Origin: Candidatus Deferrimicrobiaceae bacterium
GTDB lineage: Bacteria > Desulfobacterota > Deferrimicrobia > Deferrimicrobiales > Deferrimicrobiaceae
Assembly (NCBI GenBank): GCA_963792415.1
Contig: CAWBVY010000004.1
Span: forward strand, 512,001 to 576,000
Reading direction: 5' to 3'
Length of the DNA: 64,000 nucleotides
The position numbers and the translations under genes are program-made. Below, in pieces: positions 51,578-61,362 of this stretch; positions within the stretch are counted from its first letter, which is position 1, and each line of letters opens with the position of its first letter. The notes beneath the pieces are model-generated. The model was not told the origin of the DNA, did not search any database, and saw only the letters and a list, made by a program, of their open reading frames with translations.

Positions 51578-52378
51578 TCAGGTGGTGATCTTCCGCGTCA
51601 CCACCAGGAAGGCGGAGTGGGAGAACATCCACTGGACGGGGCGGACGGAGTTCCCCTTCACGTGCCAGGGGCGCAGGATCACCTCGAACGTCTCCGGCTC
51701 CGCGAAGCCGCCCTCCTCCGCGAACCGGTCGCACAGCTGCTTCACCTGGATCGTGGAGGGGAGGTAGGAAAGCACGATTCCCCCGGGGGCGAGCGCCCCC
51801 CGCGCGTGGGGGACGGCCTGCCACGGCTCCGGCAGGTCGAGGACGATCCGGTCCACCTCCCGCTCGTCGATCCCGAGGTAGATGTCCCGCAGCTTCACCT
51901 CGTGGTTCCCGCACGCGCCGAGGTAGCGCCGGACGGTGCCCGCGCCGCTCTCCGCGAAATCCTCCCGGATCTCGTACGAGACGACCTTGCCCGTCGGGCC
52001 GACCGCCTCGAGCAGCTTGATGGTGAGGGCCCCCCACCCGATCCCCGCCTCGATCACCGTGGCTCCCGGGAAGACGTCCGCCCACATCAGGATCGTCCCC
52101 GTGTCCTTCGGGTAGATGATCTGCGCGTGCCGCTTCTGGTTCATGATGAACTGCATGTAGGTGGGGCGGAAGGCGCGGTACTCGCTCCCCATCGCGGTCC
52201 ACGCGCGGCCGCCGTCCTCCTTGCCGATCAGGTCGTCGTGCGGCAGGTTCCCCTTGTGCGTGCCGAACACCTTTCCCGGGGCGAGCGTGACGAGGTGCTC
52301 CTCCCCCTTGGGGGAGATCAGCAGGATGTCCTCCCCCTCCCGGAACGGCCCCCTGCGAACGCGCTTCCCCTCCGTCAT
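51578..52378 (-). CDS. trmI: tRNA (adenine58-N1)-methyltransferase
   Basis: THKG, R.AQIIYPKD, EAGIG.GAL, SYEIREDF, LDLPEPW, HSAFL. Confidence 0.92.
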   Translation of the reverse strand: MTEGKRVRRGPFREGEDILLISPKGEEHLVTLAPGKVFGTHKGNLPHDDLIGKEDGGRAWTAMGSEYRAFRPTYMQFIMNQKRHAQIIYPKDTGTILMWADVFPGATVIEAGIGWGALTIKLLEAVGPTGKVVSYEIREDFAESGAGTVRRYLGACGNHEVKLRDIYLGIDEREVDRIVLDLPEPWQAVPHARGALAPGGIVLSYLPSTIQVKQLCDRFAEEGGFAEPETFEVILRPWHVKGNSVRPVQWMFSHSAFLVVTRKITT

Positions 52379-53394
52379 CGGGAACCCCCCGCGGCGCGCA
52401 GCGAACGCGCCTTCCGGACGCGCTCCTTCAACCGGCAGAAGGAGCATGTCTCCGCGTACGTCGGGGCGCCGCACGACGCGCACGCACGCGGCGTTCCCGC
52501 GCCCTCTTCCGCGTCGGCTTCCGTCGCGCGCGCCGTGTCCGCCGCCGGCGCGTCTTCCGGCGTCGGGACGGCATCGGCCGGGGCCGCGGCCTCCGCCCCT
52601 TTCCGCAGGGGGTTCGACGGGTCGAGGAACCCCTGGTAGAAGACGATCCGCGTCCCCGGCATCCGGTCCTCGATGCGCGACAGCGCCTCCTTGTAGACGA
52701 GGGACGTCGCGTCCTCGCTCATCGGGCACTCCTCGGTCACGTAGTCGATCCCCTTCAGGAACCCGTACGCCGCGGTTTCGACCTCGCTCACGCGCCACAG
52801 CGGCTTCACCTTGCGCACGAGTCCCCCGTCCGCCCCGGGCAGCAATGGATGCTGCCGCGCAAGATGGTCGCGCTGCCAGTGGAGCAGGTTCCCCAGCAGC
52901 CGGGCCGTCTCGTCATCGAGATTGTGTCCCGTCGCCACCACGGTGAACTTTCCTTCGGCGGCGACGCGGTTGAAGAAGTACCGTTTCACCGTGCCGCAGA
53001 TGGAGCACTCCTGCATCCGCGCGCAGCGGGCGGCCTCGGGGATCGGGATCCCCTCCTTCGCGAGCTCGACGACGATCGGCGTCTTCCCGCGGGACGCCGC
53101 GTAGGCGAGGACCTTCTCCTTCGACCGGTCGGAGTACCCGTCGATCCCGAGGTCGACGTACAGACCCTCCGTCTCGTATCCCTCGTCGATCAGGACGTCC
53201 CAGAGGACCAGGCTGTCCTTGCCGCCCGACACGCAGACGAGGACGCGGTCCTCCGGGGCGAGGAGCCGCAGCTTGCGGATCCCCTCCGTCGCCTGGCGCC
53301 GGAAGAAGACGAAGAAGCAGTCGGGGCAGAAGGCGGCGTGGTGGCTCGGCAGCTCGACCGCGGCCTCGGCCCGCCGGCAGCGCTTGCATTTCAT
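52375..53394 (-). CDS. ttuA: TtuA-like tRNA 2-thiolation sulfurtransferase
   Basis: N-terminal CxxC..CxxC, PP-loop SGGKDS, CSIC, GHNLDDE, ECP, C-terminal CxxC..CxxC. Confidence 0.85.
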   Translation of the reverse strand: MKCKRCRRAEAAVELPSHHAAFCPDCFFVFFRRQATEGIRKLRLLAPEDRVLVCVSGGKDSLVLWDVLIDEGYETEGLYVDLGIDGYSDRSKEKVLAYAASRGKTPIVVELAKEGIPIPEAARCARMQECSICGTVKRYFFNRVAAEGKFTVVATGHNLDDETARLLGNLLHWQRDHLARQHPLLPGADGGLVRKVKPLWRVSEVETAAYGFLKGIDYVTEECPMSEDATSLVYKEALSRIEDRMPGTRIVFYQGFLDPSNPLRKGAEAAAPADAVPTPEDAPAADTARATEADAEEGAGTPRACASCGAPTYAETCSFCRLKERVRKARSLRAAGGSR

Positions 53395-53403
53395 GAGGGC
53401 ACT

Positions 53404-53601
53404 TCAGCCCCCGGAGACGACGGAGATGACGTCGATCGTCGCCCCGTCCTCGACCCGGTGGTCCTTCGTGAGGAGCTTCTTCCCCTGGGTGACGATCACC
53501 GTGGTGGGGCGCACCCCCGCATCGGCGAGCAGGTCCATCACCCGCCGGGGGCCGGGGAGTGCGAGCTCCTTCTTCTTCTGGGGAAGGCGTACGGTGATCA
53601 T
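53404..53601 (-). CDS. ttuB: Ubiquitin-like sulfur carrier (TtuB/ThiS/MoaD family)
   Basis: 65 aa ending VVSGG, directly upstream of ttuA. Confidence 0.82.
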   Translation of the reverse strand: MITVRLPQKKKELALPGPRRVMDLLADAGVRPTTVIVTQGKKLLTKDHRVEDGATIDVISVVSGG

Positions 53602-53698
53602 CGGAGCATTATACATGGTGTCTCCACGGAACAGTTGAGTCTCCCCCGGGCGCGGAGTAAGATGATCGCAAATCGCTCGCCTGAGGAGGAATTCCGAA

Positions 53699-54028
53699 AT
53701 GCGCGTTCGCTCCGTGGTCCCGGGTCTCCTGTCCGCGATGCTTCTCGTCTTCGCCATCGGCTGCGCCAAGCAGGAACCCCCCAAGCCCGCGGCTCCGGCG
53801 GCTCCCGCGGCGGAGGCCCCGGCGGCTTCCGTGGCGGACGGCAAGACCCTCTTCAACGCCAAGTGCGGCGTCTGCCACGGTCTCGACCGGGCGACCGCCC
53901 GCACCGAGACGAAGGCGCAGTGGGCCAGCTTCGTCAAGGAGATGCAGGAGAAGAAGGTTGACTGGATCTCGGACGCCGAGGCGTCGAAGATCGTCGACTA
54001 CCTCACCGCGGAGCACGGCAAGAAGTAA
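53699..54028 (+). CDS. Monoheme c-type cytochrome lipoprotein
   Basis: Lipobox AIGC, Pro/Ala linker, CGVCH, candidate distal Met; GAGGAGG RBS. Confidence 0.85.
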   Translation: MRVRSVVPGLLSAMLLVFAIGCAKQEPPKPAAPAAPAAEAPAASVADGKTLFNAKCGVCHGLDRATARTETKAQWASFVKEMQEKKVDWISDAEASKIVDYLTAEHGKK

Positions 54029-54080
54029 ACCGATCGGCGTGGGACGGGCGGCTCGGACCTCCCTCCCCGCGTAGCAAGGA

Positions 54081-54118
54081 CGGGCGGTCTCAGGCGCAGG
54101 AGACCGCCCGATTTTTCT
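54081..54118 (+). terminator. Intrinsic terminator after the cytochrome gene
   Basis: CGGGCGGTCTC/GAGACCGCCCG stem followed by ATTTTTCT. Confidence 0.7.
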
Positions 54119-54141
54119 CGGGAGGTCGCCCCGCCCCACCT

Positions 54142-54222
54142 CGAGCTTCGCGCCGGTGGGGTACCCCCGGTGGGATCAAGCCGGGGGGGCAGTACGAGCT
54201 TCGCGCTGCTGGGGTACCCCCG
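54142..54222. repeat. Pair of 28-bp direct repeats (26/28 identical) with 25-bp spacer
   Basis: CGAGCTTCGCGCnGnTGGGGTACCCCCG at 54142 and 54195. Confidence 0.75.
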
Positions 54223-54233
54223 CCGTAGGGAGA

Positions 54234-55188
54234 ATGGGGGGCACAACTGGATATCCTGCAGGCGGTCATCCCGGTTTTCCTCGTGGTGGCGGTGGGGATC
54301 GTCCTGCGCCGCTACCGGTTCCTCGACGAGGGGTTCATCGACAAGGCGAACTCCCTCGTCTACTACATCCTGCTCCCGGTCCTCCTCTTCCACGAGATCG
54401 GCGGGACCGATTTCCGGCAGGCGTTCAGCGGACCCCTCGTGGTCGGAGGGTACGCCGCCACGATCGCGATCTTCCTGCTCGCCTTCCTCGTGGCCCGCGG
54501 CCTCGGGCTCGGGCCCTCGGAAACGGGGGTCTTCGTCCAGGGGTCGTTGCGCGCCAACCTGGCGTATGTCGGGCTGCCGATCGTCTTCAACGCGGTGGGG
54601 CCCGCGGGGCTGCGGAAGGCGGGGATCTTCCTCGGCATGATCGTACCGCTGCTGAACGGCCTGTCGATCGTGGCGTTGACGGCGCCCCACGGCGCGGGGA
54701 GGGGCGAGGGGATCGGGACCACGGCGTCGCGCATCACTCGCCAGATCGCGATGAACCCCATCATCCTCGCCTGCCTCGCTGGGATCGCTTGGAGCATGCT
54801 GAAACTTTCCCTCCCCGGGATGGTCGACCGGACCTTCCGGATCCTCACGCCGGCCACCTTGCCGCTGGCGCTGCTGTCCCTCGGGGGATCCTTCTCGTTC
54901 GAGCGCGCCCGGAAAGGGTTCGCGGTCGCCTCCCTCGCGGCGTTCATGAAGGGGGTGGTGGTGACGGGGATCGGGATCGCCCTTTACCGGTGGATGGGAG
55001 TGTCGGGGGAGGACCTGCGGATCGGGGCGATCATGCTCGGGTGCCCCGCCGCGGTGGTCACCTACGTGATGGCGGCGCGCCTTCGGGGCGACACGGACCT
55101 CGCCGGGACGATCATCATCGTCTCGACCGTCACCTCCGCCGCCACAATCACCGGATGGTTGCTCCTGATCCGGTTCATGGGGTGGTGA
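54234..55188 (+). CDS. AEC (auxin efflux carrier) family transporter; start uncertain
   Basis: PVFL, LVYYILLPVLLF, N.AYVGLP, NPIILA, LPLALLSLG, CPAAV. Confidence 0.88.
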
Positions 55189-55224
55189 TCCCCCCCGAAA
55201 CGTCATCCCGCGGGAGATGTCGTC

Positions 55225-55857
55225 CTACCCGAGCAGCAGCGCGATCGCCTTCCTCGGCCCGTGGGCGCCGACGGTGAGGGTCTGCTCGATGTCGCCGGTC
55301 CTGCTCGGGCCGGAGAGGAAGGAGATGTTCCGGGGCGGATCGGCGGTGACGGCCGCCAGCGCCTCCTCCATCCGGGCGACCAACGAGGCGGCGGGCACGA
55401 TCGAAACGTGGACGTCCGCCATCAGGCCCGGGAGGAGCGTCCTCCCGAACGCGCTGGTCTCGACGATCGTCCCCGTTTCGGCGATCGCGGCCTCCGCTGT
55501 CCGAAAACCGGCCGTGGCCGCCGCGCCCCCGTCGCGAACCTCCGCCCCCGTCGTGAGGTTGAACGGCCCGAACGGGACGAGCGCCTCCGCGATCTCCCGC
55601 GCCGCCGCGTCTTCTTCCGGGAAGAAGAGGGCGGTCACGCCCTCCGCGCGCAGGTGTTCCCCGAGGTCGGACAACGCCTTTTCCACCGTTCCGCGGAGGA
55701 GCACCCCGCCGGCGGCGGCGAACGTTTTCGCGAACAGCGCGACGCGGTCGGATTCCGGCGCCACGGTCGCTTCCCCCGGAAGCGGCCTCCCGGCCGGGGA
55801 GCCGTGACCCCCGCATGCCGCGGAAAGGCGTTGGAACAGCGACTCCCGCTCGTTCAC
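55225..55857 (-). CDS. lutC: Lactate utilization protein C (LUD domain)
   Basis: AIAETGT, SGPSRTGDIEQTLTVGAHGP. Confidence 0.9.
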   Translation of the reverse strand: MNERESLFQRLSAACGGHGSPAGRPLPGEATVAPESDRVALFAKTFAAAGGVLLRGTVEKALSDLGEHLRAEGVTALFFPEEDAAAREIAEALVPFGPFNLTTGAEVRDGGAAATAGFRTAEAAIAETGTIVETSAFGRTLLPGLMADVHVSIVPAASLVARMEEALAAVTADPPRNISFLSGPSRTGDIEQTLTVGAHGPRKAIALLLG

Positions 55858-55861
55858 CGCG

Positions 55862-57274
55862 TTACCCCCTTGCTCCCCGCTTGATCTTCCACTGCTTGCG
55901 GAACGGCCGCGCGGCCGGCGCGGGGAAGTCGCGGCGCTCCGTCCACCCCGAGAAGGGGTACGGCAGCCCGCCGATCCCCTTCCCCTTCGAGAAGAACTGC
56001 CCCAGCACCCCGGCGATCCGCTCGATCGCTTCGAGCAGCCCGGCCCGCCGCATCACCCCCGCGTACCCCTTCATCGCGGCGATCTCGCCGGGGGTCTTCA
56101 ACCCCTGTTCCCGCGCGTCGGACCGAAGCTCGAGCAGGAAATCCGGCAGGGGGATCTTCACCGGGCACACGTCCGCGCACGCGCCGCACAGCGTGCTCGC
56201 GTCGGGCAGCGCGGCCGCCTCGGGGAGGCCGACCAGCAGCGGGGTCAGGACCGCGCCGATCGGACCGGAGTAGACCCACCCGTAGGCGTGCCCCCCCACG
56301 CTCTGGTAGACGGGACAGGTGTTCAGGCATGCGCCGCAGCGGAGGCATTTGAGGACTTCCCGGTACTTCCCCTCGAGGATCGCGCTGCGGCCGCAATCGA
56401 GCAGGAGGATGTGCATCCGGTCCGGCCCCTCGGGGTCGACCGCCCGCCGCGTGCCCGTCACGATCGACACGTACGACGAGATCGCCTGGCCGGTGGCGCT
56501 CCGCGGCAGGAGGCGAAGGAAGGTCGGCAGGTCCGCCATGCGCGGGATGACCTTCTCGATCCCGACGACGGCGAGGTGGACGCGCGGCAGGACCGTCCCC
56601 ATCCGCCCGTTTCCCTCGTTGGTGACGAGCACGACGGATCCGGTGTCGGCCACCAGGAAGTTCCCGCCGGAGACGCCCATCCCCGCGGAGAGGAACTTCC
56701 CCCGCAGGTGCTTTCGGGCCATCCCGACCAGTTCGGGGATGCTGTCGGTCCGCGGCTCCCCGAGGTGGCGCTCGAAGAGGCGCGAGATCTCCTCGCGCGT
56801 CTTGTGGACGGCGGGGGCGATGATGTGGGAAGGTGTCTCCCCCGCGAGCTGGACGATGTATTCCCCGAGGTCGGACTCGACGACCGTGACGCCCGCCCCC
56901 TGCAGCGCCTCGTTCAGGGAAATCTCCTCGGACGCCATCGACTTCGACTTCACGGCGAGGGTGACCCCTTCGTCCCGCGCGATCCGCGCGGCGATCTCCC
57001 GCGCCTGGGCCGCGTTCCGGGCCACATGGACGATCGCGCCCCGTTTTTCCGCCTCCTCGATGAAGCGCGCGAGGTACGTGTCCAGGTGGTCGAGGACGTC
57101 CCGCTTGATCCGCGACGCGCGCTCCCGGGTCGCCTCGAACTCGGGAAATTCGGCGATCGCCGCGTCGCGGTGGGTCTGGAACCGCTCCGTGGCCCGCCCC
57201 AGCGCTCCCTGCAGCTTCTTGTCGAGGAGCGCCTTCCGGGCGTTTCGCCCGAACGCGTTGGCGTTGAGCTCCAT
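55862..57274 (-). CDS. lutB: Lactate utilization Fe-S protein B
   Basis: KSKSMASEEI, ESDLGE, PSHIIAPAVH, NEGNG, CLRCGACLNTCP, CGACADVCP. Confidence 0.95.
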   Translation of the reverse strand: MELNANAFGRNARKALLDKKLQGALGRATERFQTHRDAAIAEFPEFEATRERASRIKRDVLDHLDTYLARFIEEAEKRGAIVHVARNAAQAREIAARIARDEGVTLAVKSKSMASEEISLNEALQGAGVTVVESDLGEYIVQLAGETPSHIIAPAVHKTREEISRLFERHLGEPRTDSIPELVGMARKHLRGKFLSAGMGVSGGNFLVADTGSVVLVTNEGNGRMGTVLPRVHLAVVGIEKVIPRMADLPTFLRLLPRSATGQAISSYVSIVTGTRRAVDPEGPDRMHILLLDCGRSAILEGKYREVLKCLRCGACLNTCPVYQSVGGHAYGWVYSGPIGAVLTPLLVGLPEAAALPDASTLCGACADVCPVKIPLPDFLLELRSDAREQGLKTPGEIAAMKGYAGVMRRAGLLEAIERIAGVLGQFFSKGKGIGGLPYPFSGWTERRDFPAPAARPFRKQWKIKRGARG

Positions 57275-58095
57275 TAGCGGCCACCCGTTCTTCGGACGGT
57301 CACGGGTGGACGCGTATCCTTCGAAGCGGCATCCGCCGCGAAGGAGGACAGCCCTCCGGCGCTCCCGGCGAGGATTTCGGCGAGATGGATCGGTTTCACC
57401 GGGTATCCGATCCGCGAGATCAACCCGCCGATGTTCAGCAGGCACCCGAGATCCCCGGAGGTGACGTACGACGCGCCGGTCGCGAGAATCCGCTCGAGCT
57501 TGCGCTCCGTCATCCTGCAGGAGATCTGCGGATGTTTCACGGAGAAGACGCCGCCGAAGCCGCAGCACCGGTCGCTCTCCTCCATCTCGACGAACTCGAC
57601 CCCGGGGACGGCGCGCAGCAGCTTCCGCGGGGCCTCGACCACCCCGAGCCCCCGACGAAGGTGGCACGAATCGTGGTACGTCACCTTTCCCGAAAAGTTC
57701 GATTTCGGGTCGGTCACGCCGAGCACGTCGACCAGGAACTGGGAGAGTTCGAAGATGCGATCGCCGACCGCCCGCGCCCGGTCGAGCATCCGGGGCTCGT
57801 CCCGGAACAGGACGGGGTAGCCGTGCTTCACCATCGCCGCGCACGACCCCGACGGGGTGACGATGGGGCCGTCGTCGGCGAAGGAGAGGAGGAACTTCCG
57901 CGCCATCGCCCGGGCCTCCTTCCGGTTGCCCGAGTTGAAGGCGGGCTGGCCGCAGCACGTCTGGGAGAGCGGGACGCGCACCGTCGCCCCGAACCGCTCG
58001 AGCACCTCGACGGTCGCGCTGCAGACCCCGGGGGAGAAGGCGTCGGCGAGGCAGGTGAAGAAAAGGGAAACGGGGATGGGCCCCTCAGCCCGCAT
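57274..58095 (-). CDS. lutA: Lactate utilization protein A (CCG domains)
   Basis: TCCGQPAFNSG, PSGSC, YHDSCH, CCGFGG.FS, D.GCL. Confidence 0.93.
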   Translation of the reverse strand: MRAEGPIPVSLFFTCLADAFSPGVCSATVEVLERFGATVRVPLSQTCCGQPAFNSGNRKEARAMARKFLLSFADDGPIVTPSGSCAAMVKHGYPVLFRDEPRMLDRARAVGDRIFELSQFLVDVLGVTDPKSNFSGKVTYHDSCHLRRGLGVVEAPRKLLRAVPGVEFVEMEESDRCCGFGGVFSVKHPQISCRMTERKLERILATGASYVTSGDLGCLLNIGGLISRIGYPVKPIHLAEILAGSAGGLSSFAADAASKDTRPPVTVRRTGGR

Positions 58096-58266
58096 ATCTC
58101 ACCAGCCTTCTGCTACGGCGGCGGATACGGGCATGTCTACTGCGTTCCGCTCGGTCGGGCTCCTCAGCGTAGTTTCAACTACGCCTCCGGGGCCCTCCGG
58201 TCGCGCGCCTTGTATCCACGCCCGTCTCCACCCCCTCGCGACGAATCCTGGTGAGATATGCGGGCT
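58087..58266. mobile_element. Palindromic MITE-like element B
   Basis: Perfect 19-bp terminal inverted repeats AGCCCGCATATCTCACCAG / CTGGTGAGATATGCGGGCT; core related to element A. Confidence 0.75.
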
Positions 58267-58399
58267 TGGATCCATCCCCGTAGTATACGGCATTCGCATC
58301 CCCCCTCGAGGGAACGATCCTTCCGGGGGATAACCCCGGCGCGGAAGGAGGGGGCTCTTGTCGCGCCGCTCCCCCCGGAAGGACATCAGGATCGGGGGG

Positions 58400-58744
<345 letters not shown>

Positions 58745-60250
58745 TTATCTCCTCTCGACGAGCTGGAAGTTGGGATAGGCCGAGTTGCCGTGCTCGGTGT
58801 AATCCAGGCCTTCCACCTCTTCCTCTTCGCTCACGCGGATCCCGCCGCAGAGCATCTTCGTGACGAACCAGAAGGCCAGGGAGAGGCCGAACACGGCCAC
58901 GGCGACCACGCCGACGCCGATGAGCTGCGGGCCGAGTTGCTCCATGCCGCCCCCAAGGAGGAGTCCCTTCTTCGCCGCGGCCGCGGCCGGGCAGACGGTG
59001 GGATCGGCGAAGAGGCCCAGTGCGATGGTTCCGAACACCCCGTTGGCCAGGTGAACCGCCGTGGCGCCCACCGGGTCGTCGATCCGGATCCGGTCGAAGA
59101 AAAATACCGCCAGGACCACGATGACGCCTGCAATGATGCCGATGATGAGCGAACTGGGGACGCTGACAAATGCGCAGGGAGCCGTGATCGCCACCAGGCC
59201 CGCGAGGCAGCCGTTCAACGTCATCCCGAAGTCGGGTTTCCCCAGGAGGATCCATGCGGTGAGCATCGAGGAGAGGGTGGCCGCCGCCGCCGCGATGTTG
59301 GTGGTGGTGGCCACGTGGGCGATGGAGGGTCCGTCCGCGGCCATGGTGGAGCCCGGGTTGAACCCGAACCACCCGAACCAGAGGATGAACACCCCGATGG
59401 CGGCCGAGGTCATGCTGTGGCCGGGAATGGCGAACACCTTGCCATCCTTGCCGTACTTTCCGAGCCGGGGCCCGAGAACGATGATCCCGGCCAGGGCGGC
59501 CCAGCCGCCGATGGAATGGACGACCGTGGAACCGGCGAAGTCGAGGAAGCCCTTGCTCGCGAGCCAGCCGCCGCCCCAGATCAGGTGGCCGCCGATGGGG
59601 TAGATGACCCCCACCATGAAGAGCGTGAAGATGACGAACGCCTTGAACTTGATCCGCTCGGCCACCGCCCCCGACACGATGGTGGCCGCGGTCCCGGCGA
59701 AGACGAGCTGGAAGAAGAACTTGGCCCAGAGCGGCACGCCCGTCCAGTTGAGCGCGCTGTACACCCCCTGGTAGGCGGCGCCCAGGGCCGGGCTGTTGTC
59801 TGCCCCCGTGACGAAGAGGAGTCCTTTGAGACCGAGGAGCGGATTCCCGTCCCCGAACATGAGCCCGAACCCCAGGACCAGGAACGCGATCGAGGAGACC
59901 GCGAACACCACGAAGTTCTTGAAGAGGATGTTGACGCAGTTCTTGGCGCGGCAGAACCCGGACTCCACCAGGCCGAAGCCCAGGTTCATGAAGAAGACCA
60001 GGAATGCGGCGATCAGCACCCAGATGGTGTCGATGGCGACCTTCTGGCCGGCGATGGATTCGGCCATCTCCTTGGTGAAGGTCGGCGCCGGGGCCGCCGG
60101 TGCGGTGGCCGGTGCGGGGGCGGCGACGGCCGGTGCCGCTTCGGGCTTCACCTCGTCCGCCGCCATCGCGGGGAGGAGCGTGCCGGCTGCCAGCAGGAGC
60201 GCCGCCACGCACAGGAACAGGCTCGTCCACTTCCGAAAATATCTTTTCAT
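58745..60250 (-). CDS. amtB: Ammonium transporter
   Basis: FQLVFA, SGAVAER, DFAGSTVVH, LGPR, WFGWFGFN, IDDP..VH (twin His). Confidence 0.96.
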   Translation of the reverse strand: MKRYFRKWTSLFLCVAALLLAAGTLLPAMAADEVKPEAAPAVAAPAPATAPAAPAPTFTKEMAESIAGQKVAIDTIWVLIAAFLVFFMNLGFGLVESGFCRAKNCVNILFKNFVVFAVSSIAFLVLGFGLMFGDGNPLLGLKGLLFVTGADNSPALGAAYQGVYSALNWTGVPLWAKFFFQLVFAGTAATIVSGAVAERIKFKAFVIFTLFMVGVIYPIGGHLIWGGGWLASKGFLDFAGSTVVHSIGGWAALAGIIVLGPRLGKYGKDGKVFAIPGHSMTSAAIGVFILWFGWFGFNPGSTMAADGPSIAHVATTTNIAAAAATLSSMLTAWILLGKPDFGMTLNGCLAGLVAITAPCAFVSVPSSLIIGIIAGVIVVLAVFFFDRIRIDDPVGATAVHLANGVFGTIALGLFADPTVCPAAAAAKKGLLLGGGMEQLGPQLIGVGVVAVAVFGLSLAFWFVTKMLCGGIRVSEEEEVEGLDYTEHGNSAYPNFQLVERR

Positions 60251-60319
60251 CGCGTTCTCCTTTTCTGATCCGGCCGCTCCGTCAGGGGCGGTCGGTGTCG
60301 CGACCAGCTCGTCCGCGGG

Positions 60320-61102
60320 TTACGGGAAGTTGATGTCGAGCTGCAGCGTGACGGTGTTCTCTCCGCCGGTCGCCTTCTTGTTGTAGATGTCGTAGCCGAG
60401 GAGAACGCTCACGTTCTTCGCGAACGCCCAGGAGGCGCCGAAGCTCAGAGCGCCCATGAAGGAATTCGAACCCTGGTAGTCGACCGCCATCCACAGCTTG
60501 TCGGAGATCTCGGTCATCGTCCGGTCCCAGGAAAGGAGCACGCCCTTCTCGTCGGAGCTCCCGTTCTCGTCGATCAGGACCTTCTTGTTCCCGGAGAAGT
60601 ATCCGGCGGACAGACGGCCGATCACCGGGAAGGACTTGGCGACCAGCGCGTAGGCGATGTCCTGATTGGTGGCGAGTTCGCCGTTGCGGGCGTCCCCGCT
60701 CTTGGTACCGATGTTGTACATGCCGACCGCGACCGCCGGGATCCAGGTGTTGTCCTCGGGCATCCCGAGCTTGAAGTGTCCGTAGAGCGGATACTTGTCC
60801 AGATCGCCCCCTTGGGAGATCACGTCGAAGCCGACCTCGGCCTGGATCTTCTCGTACGGAAGAACCCCGAAGGTGGGTCCGATCACGACGACCGGCGGCG
60901 TGCGGGAGCCGTCGTCGTTGGTGTTGGCGCGGAGGTACGTGTCGAAGTTCAGGTGCACGGTCTTGTACGGCTGGATGTCCGTCGAGGGAATCCAAACCTG
61001 CGTGGACGGCGTGGCCGCGGCGATCGACGCCGTCAAGCCGCAGAGCGCGAGCGCCGCGAGTGAGATTCCCATCCGATGGATGATTCTGCCGCTCTTCTTC
61101 AT
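60320..61102 (-). CDS. Exported protein, probable outer-membrane beta-barrel
   Basis: Signal peptide, alternating beta-strand pattern, C-terminus VTLQLDINFP; first gene of the amtB operon. Confidence 0.65.
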   Translation of the reverse strand: MKKSGRIIHRMGISLAALALCGLTASIAAATPSTQVWIPSTDIQPYKTVHLNFDTYLRANTNDDGSRTPPVVVIGPTFGVLPYEKIQAEVGFDVISQGGDLDKYPLYGHFKLGMPEDNTWIPAVAVGMYNIGTKSGDARNGELATNQDIAYALVAKSFPVIGRLSAGYFSGNKKVLIDENGSSDEKGVLLSWDRTMTEISDKLWMAVDYQGSNSFMGALSFGASWAFAKNVSVLLGYDIYNKKATGGENTVTLQLDINFP

Positions 61103-61207
61103 GGTGCCCCCCGTTTTTCCTGCAGAGGGGGTACCCCAGGGAGCGTATTTCGCCCGGGAGTGGGGTGCCCTCTTAGGAAGAGATGATGTCGCTTCGACCC
61201 GTGGGAG

Positions 61208-61224
61208 AGCATCGGCCGTGCCAA
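61208..61224 (-). promoter_or_regulatory. Sigma54 (-24/-12) promoter
   Basis: TTGGCACGGCCGATGCT with correct GG-N10-GC spacing. Confidence 0.85.
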
Positions 61225-61334
61225 CGGGGGGCAGGCGGAACGCGCGACGAGACAACGGGTTGAAAGGAAACGGGAAAGCGTGACGATGCGCGGCAGGGGG
61301 GCGGGAGAGGGGGTGCGCGGTGATGCTACAAAAA

Positions 61335-61350
61335 TGTCCGGTTTCCTACA
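61335..61350. promoter_or_regulatory. NifA-type upstream activator sequence
   Basis: TGT-CCGGTTTCCT-ACA (TGT-N10-ACA) about 110 bp upstream of the -24 box. Confidence 0.7.
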
Positions 61351-61362
61351 TCGATGGTGGGA

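Noticed and set aside
54142-54222. Mini CRISPR array
   Set aside because: Only two repeats, a 25-bp self-pairing spacer, no leader and no cas genes
58318-58383. Inverted repeat TCCTTCCGGGGG/CCCCCGGAAGGA downstream of glnK
   Set aside because: No U-tract and a long loop; could be a terminator or REP but function cannot be assigned
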